A DNA stretch of 64,000 nt from Candidatus Altimarinota bacterium (GTDB lineage: Bacteria > Patescibacteriota > Gracilibacteria > 1-14-2-50-48-13), in NCBI GenBank assembly GCA_046314355.1, contig JBKBWQ010000001.1:1440001-1504000 (forward strand), written 5' to 3'. Position numbers and translations under genes: made by a program. This document shows positions 29,323 to 38,929 of this stretch, piece by piece; the stretch's first letter is position 1, and each line of letters begins with the position of its first letter. A model generated the notes under the pieces. It was not told the DNA's origin, did not search any database, and saw nothing but the letters and a program-made list of their open reading frames with translations.

Positions 29323-31680
29323 ATGAAATTACCGATCAAACTCTTAGGCGTATGCGCTTTCGTGCTCGCTGTATCTTGTACTCAGACACCTAGTACTCCT
29401 ACTGAAAATCTCAATGGGAATCTTTCAGGCGCTATCATTCCAACTATTGAAGTACCAACTTCTTCTGGTGCGGAGCTGCCTCTTACGTCTTCCGGTGTAC
29501 TTGCAAATCAGGCACAGATAAAAAAGTTTGGATCCTATGATGAATTAAAAGAGTATCTCGAAAACAATCCTTCTACAAACACTTATGGACGCGGAGGCGG
29601 TATCATGAGTCTTGAGAGCTCAAGTTCTGTAGGAAAAAGTGTAGACGCCGTAGCTCCCACTGCGATGCCTGCAACAGATAGAGATTTTTCCGCAAATGGA
29701 GGTTCAGATGATTATTCGAAGACAAATGTACAGGTGGAAGGTGTAGATGAGGGAGATATCGTAAAAACTGATGGAAAGTACCTCTATAGTATTTCAGGTC
29801 AGGATCTCTATATCACAGATGCATATCCTGCTGATAAAGCCTCAGTACTTTCAAAGGTAGCCTTCAAATCTCAGCCTGAAGGACTGTATCTTGATGGTAA
29901 TACACTAGTGATCTATGGAAGAAATAATACTATTTCTACTTATCCGATTTATTCCACCTTCAGAAGATATTCTGACTATATGTTCGTAAAGGTCTTTGAT
30001 GTAAGCGATAAAAAGAATCCAAAGCAGATCAGAAACCTTGATTTTGAAGGTAGTCTCATGACTTCACGGATGACGGGAGACCGTCTCTATCTTGTGACAA
30101 ATACCTACGGCATATATCAGCCAGGTGAACCAGTCGTACCTAGAGTGCTTGAAAATGGAACGATGCTTTCCAATGATGTAAAATCCCCTGATTGTCTCTG
30201 TCCAAATATCTACTACTTTGATATGCCGTACCGTAACTATGGGATGACAAGTGTAGCATCGATCAACTTAAAAAATCCTGCAGAGAAGATTCAAAACACC
30301 TTGTTCCTAATGGATGGAGCGCAGAATGTATTTATGTCTCAAGATAATCTGTATCTTGCCTATACAAAATATATCAATGAAGAGGATCTGACTGCCGAAG
30401 TGCTCAAGGATATTGTATTCCCAAAGCTTGATATAAAGACTCAGACAAAGATCAATAAGATTCTGGATGCAGATGATGTAGTCCTTTCAAGACAGGAAAA
30501 ACTTCAGAAAGTACGGCAGATCATGGAAGGATATGTTTATTCACTTGCTGAGAGTGAACGGAATACTCTTGAGACGCTTTTGAAACAAAGAGTACAGGCA
30601 AAATATGCAGATATCTCAAAGGAACTTGAAAAGACTGTAGTACAAAAACTAGGCATAAGTAATGGAGCTCTTTCCTATAAAGGTTACGGTGAAGTAACTG
30701 GTCAGGTACTCAATCAGTTTTCCATGGATGAGCAGAATGGATACTTTAGAATAGCGACTACAAAGAATCAGTCGTGGTCCAATCTTGCTCCGGAGAACAT
30801 GCGTGAATCCTACAATAACCTCTACGTTCTTGATCCTTCTATGAAGATTGCGGGACAGATCGAGGATATTGCCCAGGGTGAGAGGATTTATTCAGTGAGA
30901 TTTATGCAGAACAGAGCATACATGGTGACCTTCAAACAGACAGATCCACTCTTTGTGATAGATCTCGCAACACCTGCAAACCCAAAGATCCTCGGACAGC
31001 TTAAGATCCCGGGTTATTCCAACTATCTTCATCCGTATGATGACAATACTCTTATCGGATTCGGAAGACAGACACAGGAGCTCGAAGGCGGAAGAGTACT
31101 CAATAAAGGTCTTAAACTTTCTCTCTTTGATGTCACAAATGTAGCAGCTCCTAAGGAAGCTGCGACCTATGAGTTCGGAGATGCTGCGAGTACGTCACAG
31201 GCACTTTATGATCATCATGCATTCTACTTTTCTAAGGAAAAAGGACTTCTTGCGCTTCCAGTAGAATTAAATGAGAACCCAAATATACCACTTCCAAATG
31301 CGGCTACTACACCTCGTACTGGAGCTGCTACGTCACCTGCAATAGGTATCGTACCTCCAATGCCTCCTGAAAAATCCATCTGGAGAGCGCCAAACTTTAC
31401 GGGAGCCTATGTCTTTGGTATTGCAAAGGATTCGATTACTTTGAAAGGAAAGGTAAGCCATACTGATCCAAACCTTACGCAAAGTGACGTAAATTATAAT
31501 TATGGAACTTCATACTATACGACTACCGTGAAGAGAATGCTCAATATTGGGGAGACTCTCTACTCACTTTCTGATAAGTATTTGAAGATGCATACTATTG
31601 CGGATTTGAAGCTTGTGAATACTCTTGAGCTGAAGAAGATGAAGGAGGGAGCAAATAATGACTTTGAAATAGTAAATTAA
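29323..31680 (+). CDS. Beta-propeller domain lipoprotein (secreted, WD40-distant family)
   Basis: Lipobox AVSC; YSKTNVQVEGVDEGDIVKTDG, LNQFSMDE, GERIYSVRF, TDPLFVIDL, LKIPGYSNYLHP. Confidence 0.9.
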   Translation: MKLPIKLLGVCAFVLAVSCTQTPSTPTENLNGNLSGAIIPTIEVPTSSGAELPLTSSGVLANQAQIKKFGSYDELKEYLENNPSTNTYGRGGGIMSLESSSSVGKSVDAVAPTAMPATDRDFSANGGSDDYSKTNVQVEGVDEGDIVKTDGKYLYSISGQDLYITDAYPADKASVLSKVAFKSQPEGLYLDGNTLVIYGRNNTISTYPIYSTFRRYSDYMFVKVFDVSDKKNPKQIRNLDFEGSLMTSRMTGDRLYLVTNTYGIYQPGEPVVPRVLENGTMLSNDVKSPDCLCPNIYYFDMPYRNYGMTSVASINLKNPAEKIQNTLFLMDGAQNVFMSQDNLYLAYTKYINEEDLTAEVLKDIVFPKLDIKTQTKINKILDADDVVLSRQEKLQKVRQIMEGYVYSLAESERNTLETLLKQRVQAKYADISKELEKTVVQKLGISNGALSYKGYGEVTGQVLNQFSMDEQNGYFRIATTKNQSWSNLAPENMRESYNNLYVLDPSMKIAGQIEDIAQGERIYSVRFMQNRAYMVTFKQTDPLFVIDLATPANPKILGQLKIPGYSNYLHPYDDNTLIGFGRQTQELEGGRVLNKGLKLSLFDVTNVAAPKEAATYEFGDAASTSQALYDHHAFYFSKEKGLLALPVELNENPNIPLPNAATTPRTGAATSPAIGIVPPMPPEKSIWRAPNFTGAYVFGIAKDSITLKGKVSHTDPNLTQSDVNYNYGTSYYTTTVKRMLNIGETLYSLSDKYLKMHTIADLKLVNTLELKKMKEGANNDFEIVN

Positions 31681-31699
31681 ATTCTGGGGCAAGAGATTC

Positions 31700-31740
31700 A
31701 AAAAAGAAAAGAGCTTATCATCTGATAAGTTCTTTTTCTT
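31700..31740 (+). terminator. Intrinsic terminator
   Basis: AAAAGAGCTTATCA-tc-TGATAAGTTCTTTT. Confidence 0.7.
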
Positions 31741-31802
31741 GTTAAGGCTGAATTTATTTATATCTAGGATAAAATAAAACATTGAAAGTTAGGAGGAATA
31801 CT

Positions 31803-32073
31803 ATGAAAAATGCATTTACTGAAAAATATTTTGGGGTGATTACTTCTATAAATTTTGGTTCCCAAATGGAACTAAAGTGATAATTCAACATCAAACCTGG
31901 CGTTCAGGAGAGCTAAAGCTGAAGCTGAAGCGCGTAATGATAGTATTCAGTTCACTATTTATGGATTAGGTGGCGAAAAAACCATAATAGAAAAACATGT
32001 CACAAGTGAGGATGTACTTTGTGAATGGGAGTTTGAATACTTCACGAGGTATCCGGATGAGAAAGAGAAGTGA
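31803..32073 (+). pseudogene. Frameshifted small orphan gene (about 89 aa if joined)
   Basis: AGGAGG RBS at 31791; frame 1 MKNAFTEKYFGVITSINFGSQMELK stops at 31880; the +1 frame is open 31876-32073 (SDNSTSNLAFRRAKAEAEAR...YPDEKEK); removing one A from CTAAAGT joins them. Confidence 0.55.
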
Positions 32074-32138
32074 CTTCAGATCATACAAACATATAAAAAA
32101 AATACTATAGAGTAAATAATATAGTATTAAAAATTATT

Positions 32139-32169
32139 AAAAAACCCGAAGCATAAAGCTTCGGGTTTT
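32139..32169. terminator. Bidirectional intrinsic terminator
   Basis: AAAACCCGAAGC-ataaa-GCTTCGGGTTTT. Confidence 0.85.
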
Positions 32170-32181
32170 CTTTGATATCTC

Positions 32182-34194
32182 TTACAGATTCAAGTCTCCT
32201 CCAATGCTTGTATTATCCAATGGCTGTTTAAATAAGGCTATTGTCGTTGCTATGATTTTTGCAACCTCAGCTCTATTTATAGAATCATTAGGTCTAAATT
32301 TCTTAGAACCATCATCGCCAGACACAATACCAAGCTCGTATGCATAATAGATATGGCGGGCTGCTATTGTATCCTTAGTCACGTCAGAGAACGCGAACTC
32401 CACTGGATCCTTTGGATAAAATCCGAAGGCTTCGAAGATAGTACGTACCACCTCTGCTCGAGTAGCTGCACGGTTGAGATCAATCTTTGCATTAGCCAGT
32501 ATGCTGAGCTTCAGCTTTTCACCCTGTGCCACATATCCTTTTGCCCAATGATTCTTTGCCTCACTGTGAGTAGGCTCTGTTTGAGTACTTCCTGCTCCTG
32601 AAGTCTCCAGAGTCATCTTAAGGAGCTCTGCGATAGTGACATTATCTGCTGGTCCAAAGAGATTGAGATTCTTTCCTGATTTATCTTTGTATCCTCCGAT
32701 GATGCCGAGACGGGAAGCTTCAGCTACATAAGTATGAAACCATGCATTTTCATTTGCATCACTGAATGCCAAGATCCCTTTTGATACCTTTGCTTTTGTA
32801 GATTCTGATAATACTTTTTTTGTATGTATCATAAGTGTCGTGAGCTGTATATCGCGGTCTTCTTTAGTAAGAATAGATACTCTGGAGAAGAAGTCCTCAA
32901 GCTCTTTATAGATAGATGGAGTCAGCGTAGAGTCATCTATCATCACAGCTCTCAGCTGAGAGAATATTTCTTTCACAGTATTTGCTTGTCCAGTGGAGAT
33001 AAGTGTCTCAATCTGTTTAAAATTTTTATCAAGTGTCTCGAGCTTTTTAAGTTGATCGAGGTATTTTGTAAGCGCTGCATCTGATTTATCTAGAGGTACT
33101 TCTGCTATAAAATGCAGAGCGAGCGTAAGATTTGAGAGAGAAAGAGATTTTAAACTCTGCCAATTTGACGGGCTGATTACACCAAGCCGCTTGAAGAGCT
33201 GTACTCTTTGAATATCAGGCATAGCCTGAATGATTTGTCTAAAATTTCCATAAGTCGTACTGTCGAGCATTACTTGTTTTGCAAGACCAGCAGGAAGAGA
33301 TCCTTCTAATATTAATACTCTATCCTGAAGCTCCACAGAAAGCGTCTTGATGAGCTCAGGAGCAGTATCTAAAAGTTTCCGATAAAGAGTAGGGGAGAGA
33401 TGTGTAAGTTCTGTAAAATCAAATTTGTGAAGATCTTCACGGGTAAGATCTGAAAGTGCTTTTTTTCCTAAAAGGTTTAAATAATCTGGATGAATATTTT
33501 TTACTAAAAGTCCCAGATCCGCATTGCTTCTCTCTTGAGAAAGTGCGGAGAGCTTTTGCTGGAGTGTCTTGAAAGTAAGATCTTTTGTGAGCTGAGCAAT
33601 ACATTCATTCATCCTGCTTCCTGAGGCGCTGCATAATACTTGTCTCTCTGCTATAAGTGCATGGAGCTGATCCTGCAGACTTCCCATATCATAAGCAACA
33701 TCAGCTACTTCTGCTACGATTGTATATCCTGATCCGACAGCTACTGTCTGAGTTTTATCCCTCGCTAAAGTTTTCAGCGGAAAAGCAAATCTTCCATCTT
33801 TTTTTGAATCGAAAAACAATGTTGGATTTGATTCACTTTGATCTGGAATAAGACGAATCTGTAGCCCGTCATAATCTGAATTAATATCAGACTGGAATTT
33901 TATCTGCTCTCCGTCTTTGTTGAGGATCCTATCATTTGGATCCTGAAAACGGAGCTGATTGAGGACTTTGATCTGTCCTCCTGAGAGAGTAAGAGCGCCA
34001 TCCCATGTGGAAGCCGGATCTGATGCTGATACTGTATTATTTACATCACCCCAGCTGATGATAAGACGCATACCCTGAATATTGTATGATGAAGAAGGCA
34101 CATTTGCTCCATCTGCATCTGGAAAAGAAATGATAAGTAGAGAGAGGACCACAACAATGATCGCTGAAATTTTGAGAGTGCTTTTGGCTGCCAT
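32182..34194 (-). CDS. Secreted protein with C-terminal SLH repeats
   Basis: Signal peptide; FSDA...WF..YV...GIIGGY, ATRAEVVR, FSDV...GIVSG...FRPNDSINRAEVAKII. Confidence 0.87.
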   Translation of the reverse strand: MAAKSTLKISAIIVVVLSLLIISFPDADGANVPSSSYNIQGMRLIISWGDVNNTVSASDPASTWDGALTLSGGQIKVLNQLRFQDPNDRILNKDGEQIKFQSDINSDYDGLQIRLIPDQSESNPTLFFDSKKDGRFAFPLKTLARDKTQTVAVGSGYTIVAEVADVAYDMGSLQDQLHALIAERQVLCSASGSRMNECIAQLTKDLTFKTLQQKLSALSQERSNADLGLLVKNIHPDYLNLLGKKALSDLTREDLHKFDFTELTHLSPTLYRKLLDTAPELIKTLSVELQDRVLILEGSLPAGLAKQVMLDSTTYGNFRQIIQAMPDIQRVQLFKRLGVISPSNWQSLKSLSLSNLTLALHFIAEVPLDKSDAALTKYLDQLKKLETLDKNFKQIETLISTGQANTVKEIFSQLRAVMIDDSTLTPSIYKELEDFFSRVSILTKEDRDIQLTTLMIHTKKVLSESTKAKVSKGILAFSDANENAWFHTYVAEASRLGIIGGYKDKSGKNLNLFGPADNVTIAELLKMTLETSGAGSTQTEPTHSEAKNHWAKGYVAQGEKLKLSILANAKIDLNRAATRAEVVRTIFEAFGFYPKDPVEFAFSDVTKDTIAARHIYYAYELGIVSGDDGSKKFRPNDSINRAEVAKIIATTIALFKQPLDNTSIGGDLNL

Positions 34195-34346
34195 ACAAGC
34201 TGGATTAAGGGGAAAATTTGCACTTACTATAGCTTGGAATTATGAAAATCACAATTTTACTGCCTGCAGTCTTGTATTTTTACTTTACAATTTAGTGCTA
34301 TTATAACTTCATATCATATATTGACACATGTTTTAAATATTATTTA

Positions 34347-34374
34347 TTGACATTTTATAAAAATATAATACTCT
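34347..34374 (+). promoter_or_regulatory. Putative sigma70 promoter
   Basis: TTGACA-16-TACTCT, leader hairpin at 34381-34403, AGGAG at 34441. Confidence 0.5.
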
Positions 34375-34451
34375 TCCTATGCTGCCAAGTTTTCTTGGGC
34401 GGCAAGCTCATTACAAATTAGGTAGTCATATATTATAGAAAGGAGACTAGT

Positions 34452-35000
34452 ATGGTTGTGGATTTTTCTATTGAAGCCAAGATTAAAAATTGGTTACAGG
34501 AAGCTTATATTGGATTCTTAAAAGGAAAGGCAATTGATCCTAAAATAATATTTGCTAAATTCACTGAAAGTGATTCAGCAGAGCTTGAACTTGTCTTTGT
34601 AAAATCAATTTTTGAACTTTATGAAAGACATGATTATGAGAAATATGAAATAGATACTGATGGAAAAACCGGTCTTTATAACACTGGTACTCAGTATGAC
34701 AATTATGTACCAAGTCGAGATGTACTAGAGAGTTCATATTTCTATGAAGGCAAAGGATACATTGAGGTATCTTTCATAGCCCATGTCGCAAGAATCTTGC
34801 CATTAAAAGATGCCATGGTGAGATTAGTTCAGCATTATGCTGAGACCTTTCAGGAAAATAAAATTAGTAAGCTAATGTGGTATCTTAAGCCACTTGAAAA
34901 ACTTATTGCTGAATGCTCGAGTAATCCTGACTTTAGGGGATATTATTCTCTTGAAGAAGCTGATAAGGTCTTCAACCAGTTTTACGGAGGTCCATATTGA
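34452..35000 (+). CDS. Hypothetical protein (SD-led orphan)
   Basis: 182-aa ORF with promoter, RBS and terminator. Confidence 0.75.
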   Translation: MVVDFSIEAKIKNWLQEAYIGFLKGKAIDPKIIFAKFTESDSAELELVFVKSIFELYERHDYEKYEIDTDGKTGLYNTGTQYDNYVPSRDVLESSYFYEGKGYIEVSFIAHVARILPLKDAMVRLVQHYAETFQENKISKLMWYLKPLEKLIAECSSNPDFRGYYSLEEADKVFNQFYGGPY

Positions 35001-35006
35001 CTATCT

Positions 35007-35045
35007 AAAAAGCCTCTGCTGTATTTACAGCAGAGGCTTTTTTTT
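35007..35045. terminator. Bidirectional intrinsic terminator
   Basis: AAAAAGCCTCTGCTGTA-tt-TACAGCAGAGGCTTTTT. Confidence 0.9.
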
Positions 35046-35052
35046 ATGAATT

Positions 35053-35949
35053 TTAGAGGAGTTTATCGATCTCAGCTTTCAGCATGCTATAATCCATAGC
35101 TCCTGCTGAATCACCATCTGCAGTAGTCACCATTTTCCCATTGATAAATGTAGTAGGCGTACCTCTTACACCAAGGTAATAGCCTTCAGTGTAATCCTTT
35201 TCAATTGCATCTTTATAAGTGAAATCCGTAAGACATTTACTAAAAGTATCTGTATTTACACCTATATTTTTAGCAACTGTCGTGAGGCTGTCTTTGAGGT
35301 TGGAGCCTTCAGTCCAAGTATTGTATGTCTCAAAGAGAGCGTTGTGCATTTCATAATATTTATTCTGAGCTCCTGCACATCTTGCTGCATTTGCAGCAGG
35401 AAGAGATAACGGATGAATAGAGTGAAGAGGGAAGTCTTTATAAATAAACTTCACTTTACCTGTACTGATATACTCTTTCTCCAGCTGTTTGATAGTCTGA
35501 TCATAGAATTTTTTACAGAATGGGCACTCGTAGTCTGAATACTCCACGATAGTTACCTTTGCATCCTTGTTTCCAACAAAAGGAACATTTTCGATATCCG
35601 GTGTTGTGCCTGTAGGCTTAGCTGCACTATTTACTGCTAAAGAGCCTCCGATATAGCTGAGTGAAGTATCCTGACCCGTAGGAGTTCCAGTAGATGGAGC
35701 GGCAGGTGCCGTACCAGTAACGGCTTGCGTATTTGCCGGTGCATCTGGGATACTTGAGAGTTTATTCTCCAGCATTTTTGCCCCTGCGTAAATAGTACCT
35801 GCAAGTACTAATGATGAGATAAATATGATTCCGGAAAGTGTAAATAGAGCCTGAGAAATATTCTCAGCTTTTTTCACCACGGCTTTTTTTGTTACCGCTA
35901 GTGTCTCTATATTTTCTTCTTTTGCTGTTTTTGTAGTTTTAGTTGGCAT
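35053..35949 (-). CDS. DsbA-family (thioredoxin_4) membrane-anchored thiol-disulfide oxidoreductase
   Basis: N-terminal TM, VEYSDYECPFC, YKDFPL, GVRGTPT. Confidence 0.93.
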   Translation of the reverse strand: MPTKTTKTAKEENIETLAVTKKAVVKKAENISQALFTLSGIIFISSLVLAGTIYAGAKMLENKLSSIPDAPANTQAVTGTAPAAPSTGTPTGQDTSLSYIGGSLAVNSAAKPTGTTPDIENVPFVGNKDAKVTIVEYSDYECPFCKKFYDQTIKQLEKEYISTGKVKFIYKDFPLHSIHPLSLPAANAARCAGAQNKYYEMHNALFETYNTWTEGSNLKDSLTTVAKNIGVNTDTFSKCLTDFTYKDAIEKDYTEGYYLGVRGTPTTFINGKMVTTADGDSAGAMDYSMLKAEIDKLL

Positions 35950-35957
35950 ATTGATGA

Positions 35958-36404
35958 TTAATTAAGATGTTGTTCAAGGTAAGATTTGATTCTGCTCCCA
36001 TCAGCCTGTCCGGAAGTTTTTTTGATCAAGAGACCCATGAGGCGTCCCATATCGCTTTTTTTATCAAGACCTTCGGTCTTCATAGTTTCTTCGATAATTT
36101 TTATTAACTCTTCATCTGACATTTCAGCTGGAAGATATGCCTCGATGATAGAGTATTCCTGCATTTCCTTCTCTGCAAGATCTGGTCTGTTGCCGGAAGT
36201 AAACTGTTCGATGGAGTCTTTTCGCTGTTTACCAAGCTTCTTAAGAATCTTGAGAGATTCTTCGTCAGTAAGTGTGTCTTTCTTTACACCTGAGACAAGC
36301 TCATTCTTCATTGCTGCGAGTATTGATCTCAAAGTAGAAAGCTTAAGAGTGTCCTTTGCTCTCATAGCATCTTTGATATCGTTTTGGATTTGTTCAAATA
36401 TCAT
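35958..36404 (-). CDS. GatB/YqeY domain protein
   Basis: DIKDAMRAKD..KL..LR, KQRKDSIEQF...R.DLAEKE, YLP, DMGRLMG. Confidence 0.95.
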   Translation of the reverse strand: MIFEQIQNDIKDAMRAKDTLKLSTLRSILAAMKNELVSGVKKDTLTDEESLKILKKLGKQRKDSIEQFTSGNRPDLAEKEMQEYSIIEAYLPAEMSDEELIKIIEETMKTEGLDKKSDMGRLMGLLIKKTSGQADGSRIKSYLEQHLN

Positions 36405-36518
36405 GTAAAAATAAAAAAAGAATACATATATATTGTACTCTGATACTCATTGCTTGCCTACTTCTGGAGCTCGCATGAGATAGGAATTGTTGGGAAATGA
36501 CATGCACATTAACAAATC

Positions 36519-36553
36519 AAAAAAAGAGTAGAGAATTTCTCTACTCTTTTTTT
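36519..36553. terminator. Intrinsic terminator (ssb)
   Basis: AAAAAAAGAGTAGAGA-att-TCTCTACTCTTTTTTT. Confidence 0.88.
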
Positions 36554-36560
36554 ATGCAAT

Positions 36561-37040
36561 CTAGAACGGTACATCTTCAATACTAATCTCTTCATCGGCA
36601 GAGGATTTACCCTTGGTTGCCTTTGGAGACGGCATGTCATTGATCTCTGTAACAGAGTTCATCATGTCATCAGAGAATGGACTCTCAGAGCCTCCTCCTG
36701 ATCCGCCTTTACCTCCAAGCATGATGAGATTGTCTGCAACAATCTCCATCTTATAATGTTTCTTTCCCTCTGGATCATCCCAGCTTCGTGTCTGCATTCG
36801 TCCTTCTACGAATACTTTCTGACCTTTTGTACAATACTGTGCAATGATCTCAGCGAGTTTTCCCCATGCTACGAGATTATGAAACTCAGCCTGTGATACT
36901 TTTTGTCCGTTTCCGTCAACGTACGTGCGGTTGGTTGCAATACTAAAAGATACAACATTCTGTCCTGTGTTAGTCTGTCTCAGCTCAGGGTTTTGGGTAA
37001 TATTCCCGATAAGCTGCGCTCTATTCAAGTCCATTGCCAT
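36561..37040 (-). CDS. ssb: Single-stranded DNA-binding protein
   Basis: LNRAQLIGN, PELR, FSIATNR, VEGRMQTRSW, acidic tail EDVPF; promoter TTGCTT-16-TATACT (37101-37074). Confidence 0.97.
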   Translation of the reverse strand: MAMDLNRAQLIGNITQNPELRQTNTGQNVVSFSIATNRTYVDGNGQKVSQAEFHNLVAWGKLAEIIAQYCTKGQKVFVEGRMQTRSWDDPEGKKHYKMEIVADNLIMLGGKGGSGGGSESPFSDDMMNSVTEINDMPSPKATKGKSSADEEISIEDVPF

Positions 37041-37144
37041 AAATAAATTGTAATACGAAATAAGGATACTTCGAGTATAAGTTGGGATGTAAAAAAAGCA
37101 ACATGAGAAGGTGCTATGCTGTTTATATTACGTGACAACAAGTC

Positions 37145-37993
37145 TTATGAAAGACTATAGGAAGTATCTTCATGTAGATAAGGAAGTCCAAAGTTCTTTG
37201 TACAAACTTCACGGTAAATCTCTTTTTTAATATTTTGCTTCATCTGCAGCATATTAGTCTCATCTTTTGAAACCCAAAAATGAATATCGTAGTAGTAGTT
37301 GCCATCATTGATACGGGTTAAGAGCGGATCTATCGGATACTGTGTTAAAGCATGTTCATTATTTTTTATCACATTAATCACTGTTTCATCAATATCTGCA
37401 ATTTTATGTATAATAGGAAACTCCATTTCTATGCTTATTCTTCGGATAGGAGAACGGGCATAGTTCTTTATTATTGCTTCAAAGAGGTCATGATTTCTTA
37501 TAATAATCTCACCGCCATCAACCGTATTAAAGAATGATCTTCTGGAATTACGCTCGTATATCTTTCCGGAAGCATCAATTTTTACTGCAGGATTTGTAAT
37601 ATGTAAAAAACTGAGCAGCTGAATCTTTCCTTCAAAGATAAGAGCAAAATGCTCTGCAATATTCTGGAGAGTCTTTCTGTTCATATAGACGAGAGCGATG
37701 GTAAGTGGGGCTAGTATCCAGCTAAGCTCACTAAATACACTAGTGAGACTTAGTATCATTATAGTCAGGAGAAGAGTTCCGGCTGCACGTATAAAGAGTT
37801 TGACCTTTCTTCTATTTTCTTGAAGCCATAACGCATCGGAGAGATGTTCCTCAAGATATTTATCAAAGCTTCTGCTGATAATCCATGCTATAAAAAAGCT
37901 TATCACAAGTACAGCAACTATTATAATAAAGCTCGAAGCATCGGCTTTAGCATTTTGTATGAGCTCCTGTGTATCTATGCCCTCAAGTGTCAT
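37145..37993 (-). CDS. Divergent small-conductance mechanosensitive channel (MscS family)
   Basis: 3 TM, T.DGGEIIIRN, IKNY..SPIRRISI, IHFW; pore-helix glycines are poorly conserved. Confidence 0.75.
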   Translation of the reverse strand: MTLEGIDTQELIQNAKADASSFIIIVAVLVISFFIAWIISRSFDKYLEEHLSDALWLQENRRKVKLFIRAAGTLLLTIMILSLTSVFSELSWILAPLTIALVYMNRKTLQNIAEHFALIFEGKIQLLSFLHITNPAVKIDASGKIYERNSRRSFFNTVDGGEIIIRNHDLFEAIIKNYARSPIRRISIEMEFPIIHKIADIDETVINVIKNNEHALTQYPIDPLLTRINDGNYYYDIHFWVSKDETNMLQMKQNIKKEIYREVCTKNFGLPYLHEDTSYSLS

Positions 37994-38002
37994 AGCAAGA
38001 AA

Positions 38003-38920
38003 TTAAGTATTGGTCTCTGGGATCTTATGTACAGGATGCTGCATGTCTTCGCGGATAACATGTATCACTCTCTGAGGGTATGGAACAGTAATATTATTTG
38101 TATCATAGAGTCCTTTGATCTGCTTTGTGATATCTGACTGGATAGTCCACCACTCAGAACGAGACTTGATCCAGAATCTTACGGTAAGATCCAGATAACT
38201 ATCACCAAAATCACTCATCAGTACTTCCTTTGGAGCATCTTGAATGATTTCCTCATGTTTAGAGAGGAGTTCAAGGATCAGTTTCGATACCTGAGAAATA
38301 TCGGCGTCATAACCAAGCTGTACAGGCACACTAAGTCTTCTATAAGGATTAGAAGTATAAATGATTACTTCATTATCAATAAAATTTTTATTTGGTACCA
38401 GTACTTCAATACCGTCCAAAGTTTGTATGGTTGTAGCTCTAGTGCCAATCTCAAGGATAGTACCCTCGGTATCTGCAAGTTTCACATAGTTTCCTACACC
38501 TGTTTTTTTCTGTAGAATAATAAGTATTCCTGAGATAAAGTGAGTAGCGATACCCTGAAAAGATACACCGATAGCAAGACCTATAGCACCAAATAGCCAG
38601 CCGAGATTACCAATAAGACCGGTAATACCTAGACTTATAAGAGCACAAATGACAAATACTAGTGTAAATGCTAGTCTTTTCATCAAGATTACAATCTCGA
38701 CTGGAGTATCGCGAAGTTTCTCCTCTTCAAATTTTCTTGAAATGACGTTTCTCGCAAGACGTGCAATGATAAAAGAAATACCAAGCAGTACAACTGCAAT
38801 AAGGTAGCTTGGAAGTTTTTCAAGTAAAAATGCTGTCACGGGATTTGCTGTTTCAGTAGCAGATCCAGAGCTATTCGTGAGAGCTATCAAACTGTATGTA
38901 ATGGATGATAAGAAAGACAT
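38003..38920 (-). CDS. Small-conductance mechanosensitive channel (MscS family)
   Basis: GAIGLAIGVSFQ, FISGILI, VGNYV, T.DG..VLVPN, FGDS, VPYPQR. Confidence 0.92.
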   Translation of the reverse strand: MSFLSSITYSLIALTNSSGSATETANPVTAFLLEKLPSYLIAVVLLGISFIIARLARNVISRKFEEEKLRDTPVEIVILMKRLAFTLVFVICALISLGITGLIGNLGWLFGAIGLAIGVSFQGIATHFISGILIILQKKTGVGNYVKLADTEGTILEIGTRATTIQTLDGIEVLVPNKNFIDNEVIIYTSNPYRRLSVPVQLGYDADISQVSKLILELLSKHEEIIQDAPKEVLMSDFGDSYLDLTVRFWIKSRSEWWTIQSDITKQIKGLYDTNNITVPYPQRVIHVIREDMQHPVHKIPETNT

Positions 38921-38929
38921 AGTTTTTAT

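Noticed and set aside
32101-32128. AATACTATA-N10-TATAGTATT inverted repeat
   Set aside because: Almost all A/T and located between converging 3' ends next to a clear terminator; no evident function.
35986-36408. 140-aa plus-strand ORF and similar antisense ORFs inside clpC, hflX, virB4 and the giant surface gene
   Set aside because: They are fully antisense or out of frame to well-supported genes and carry no motifs of their own.
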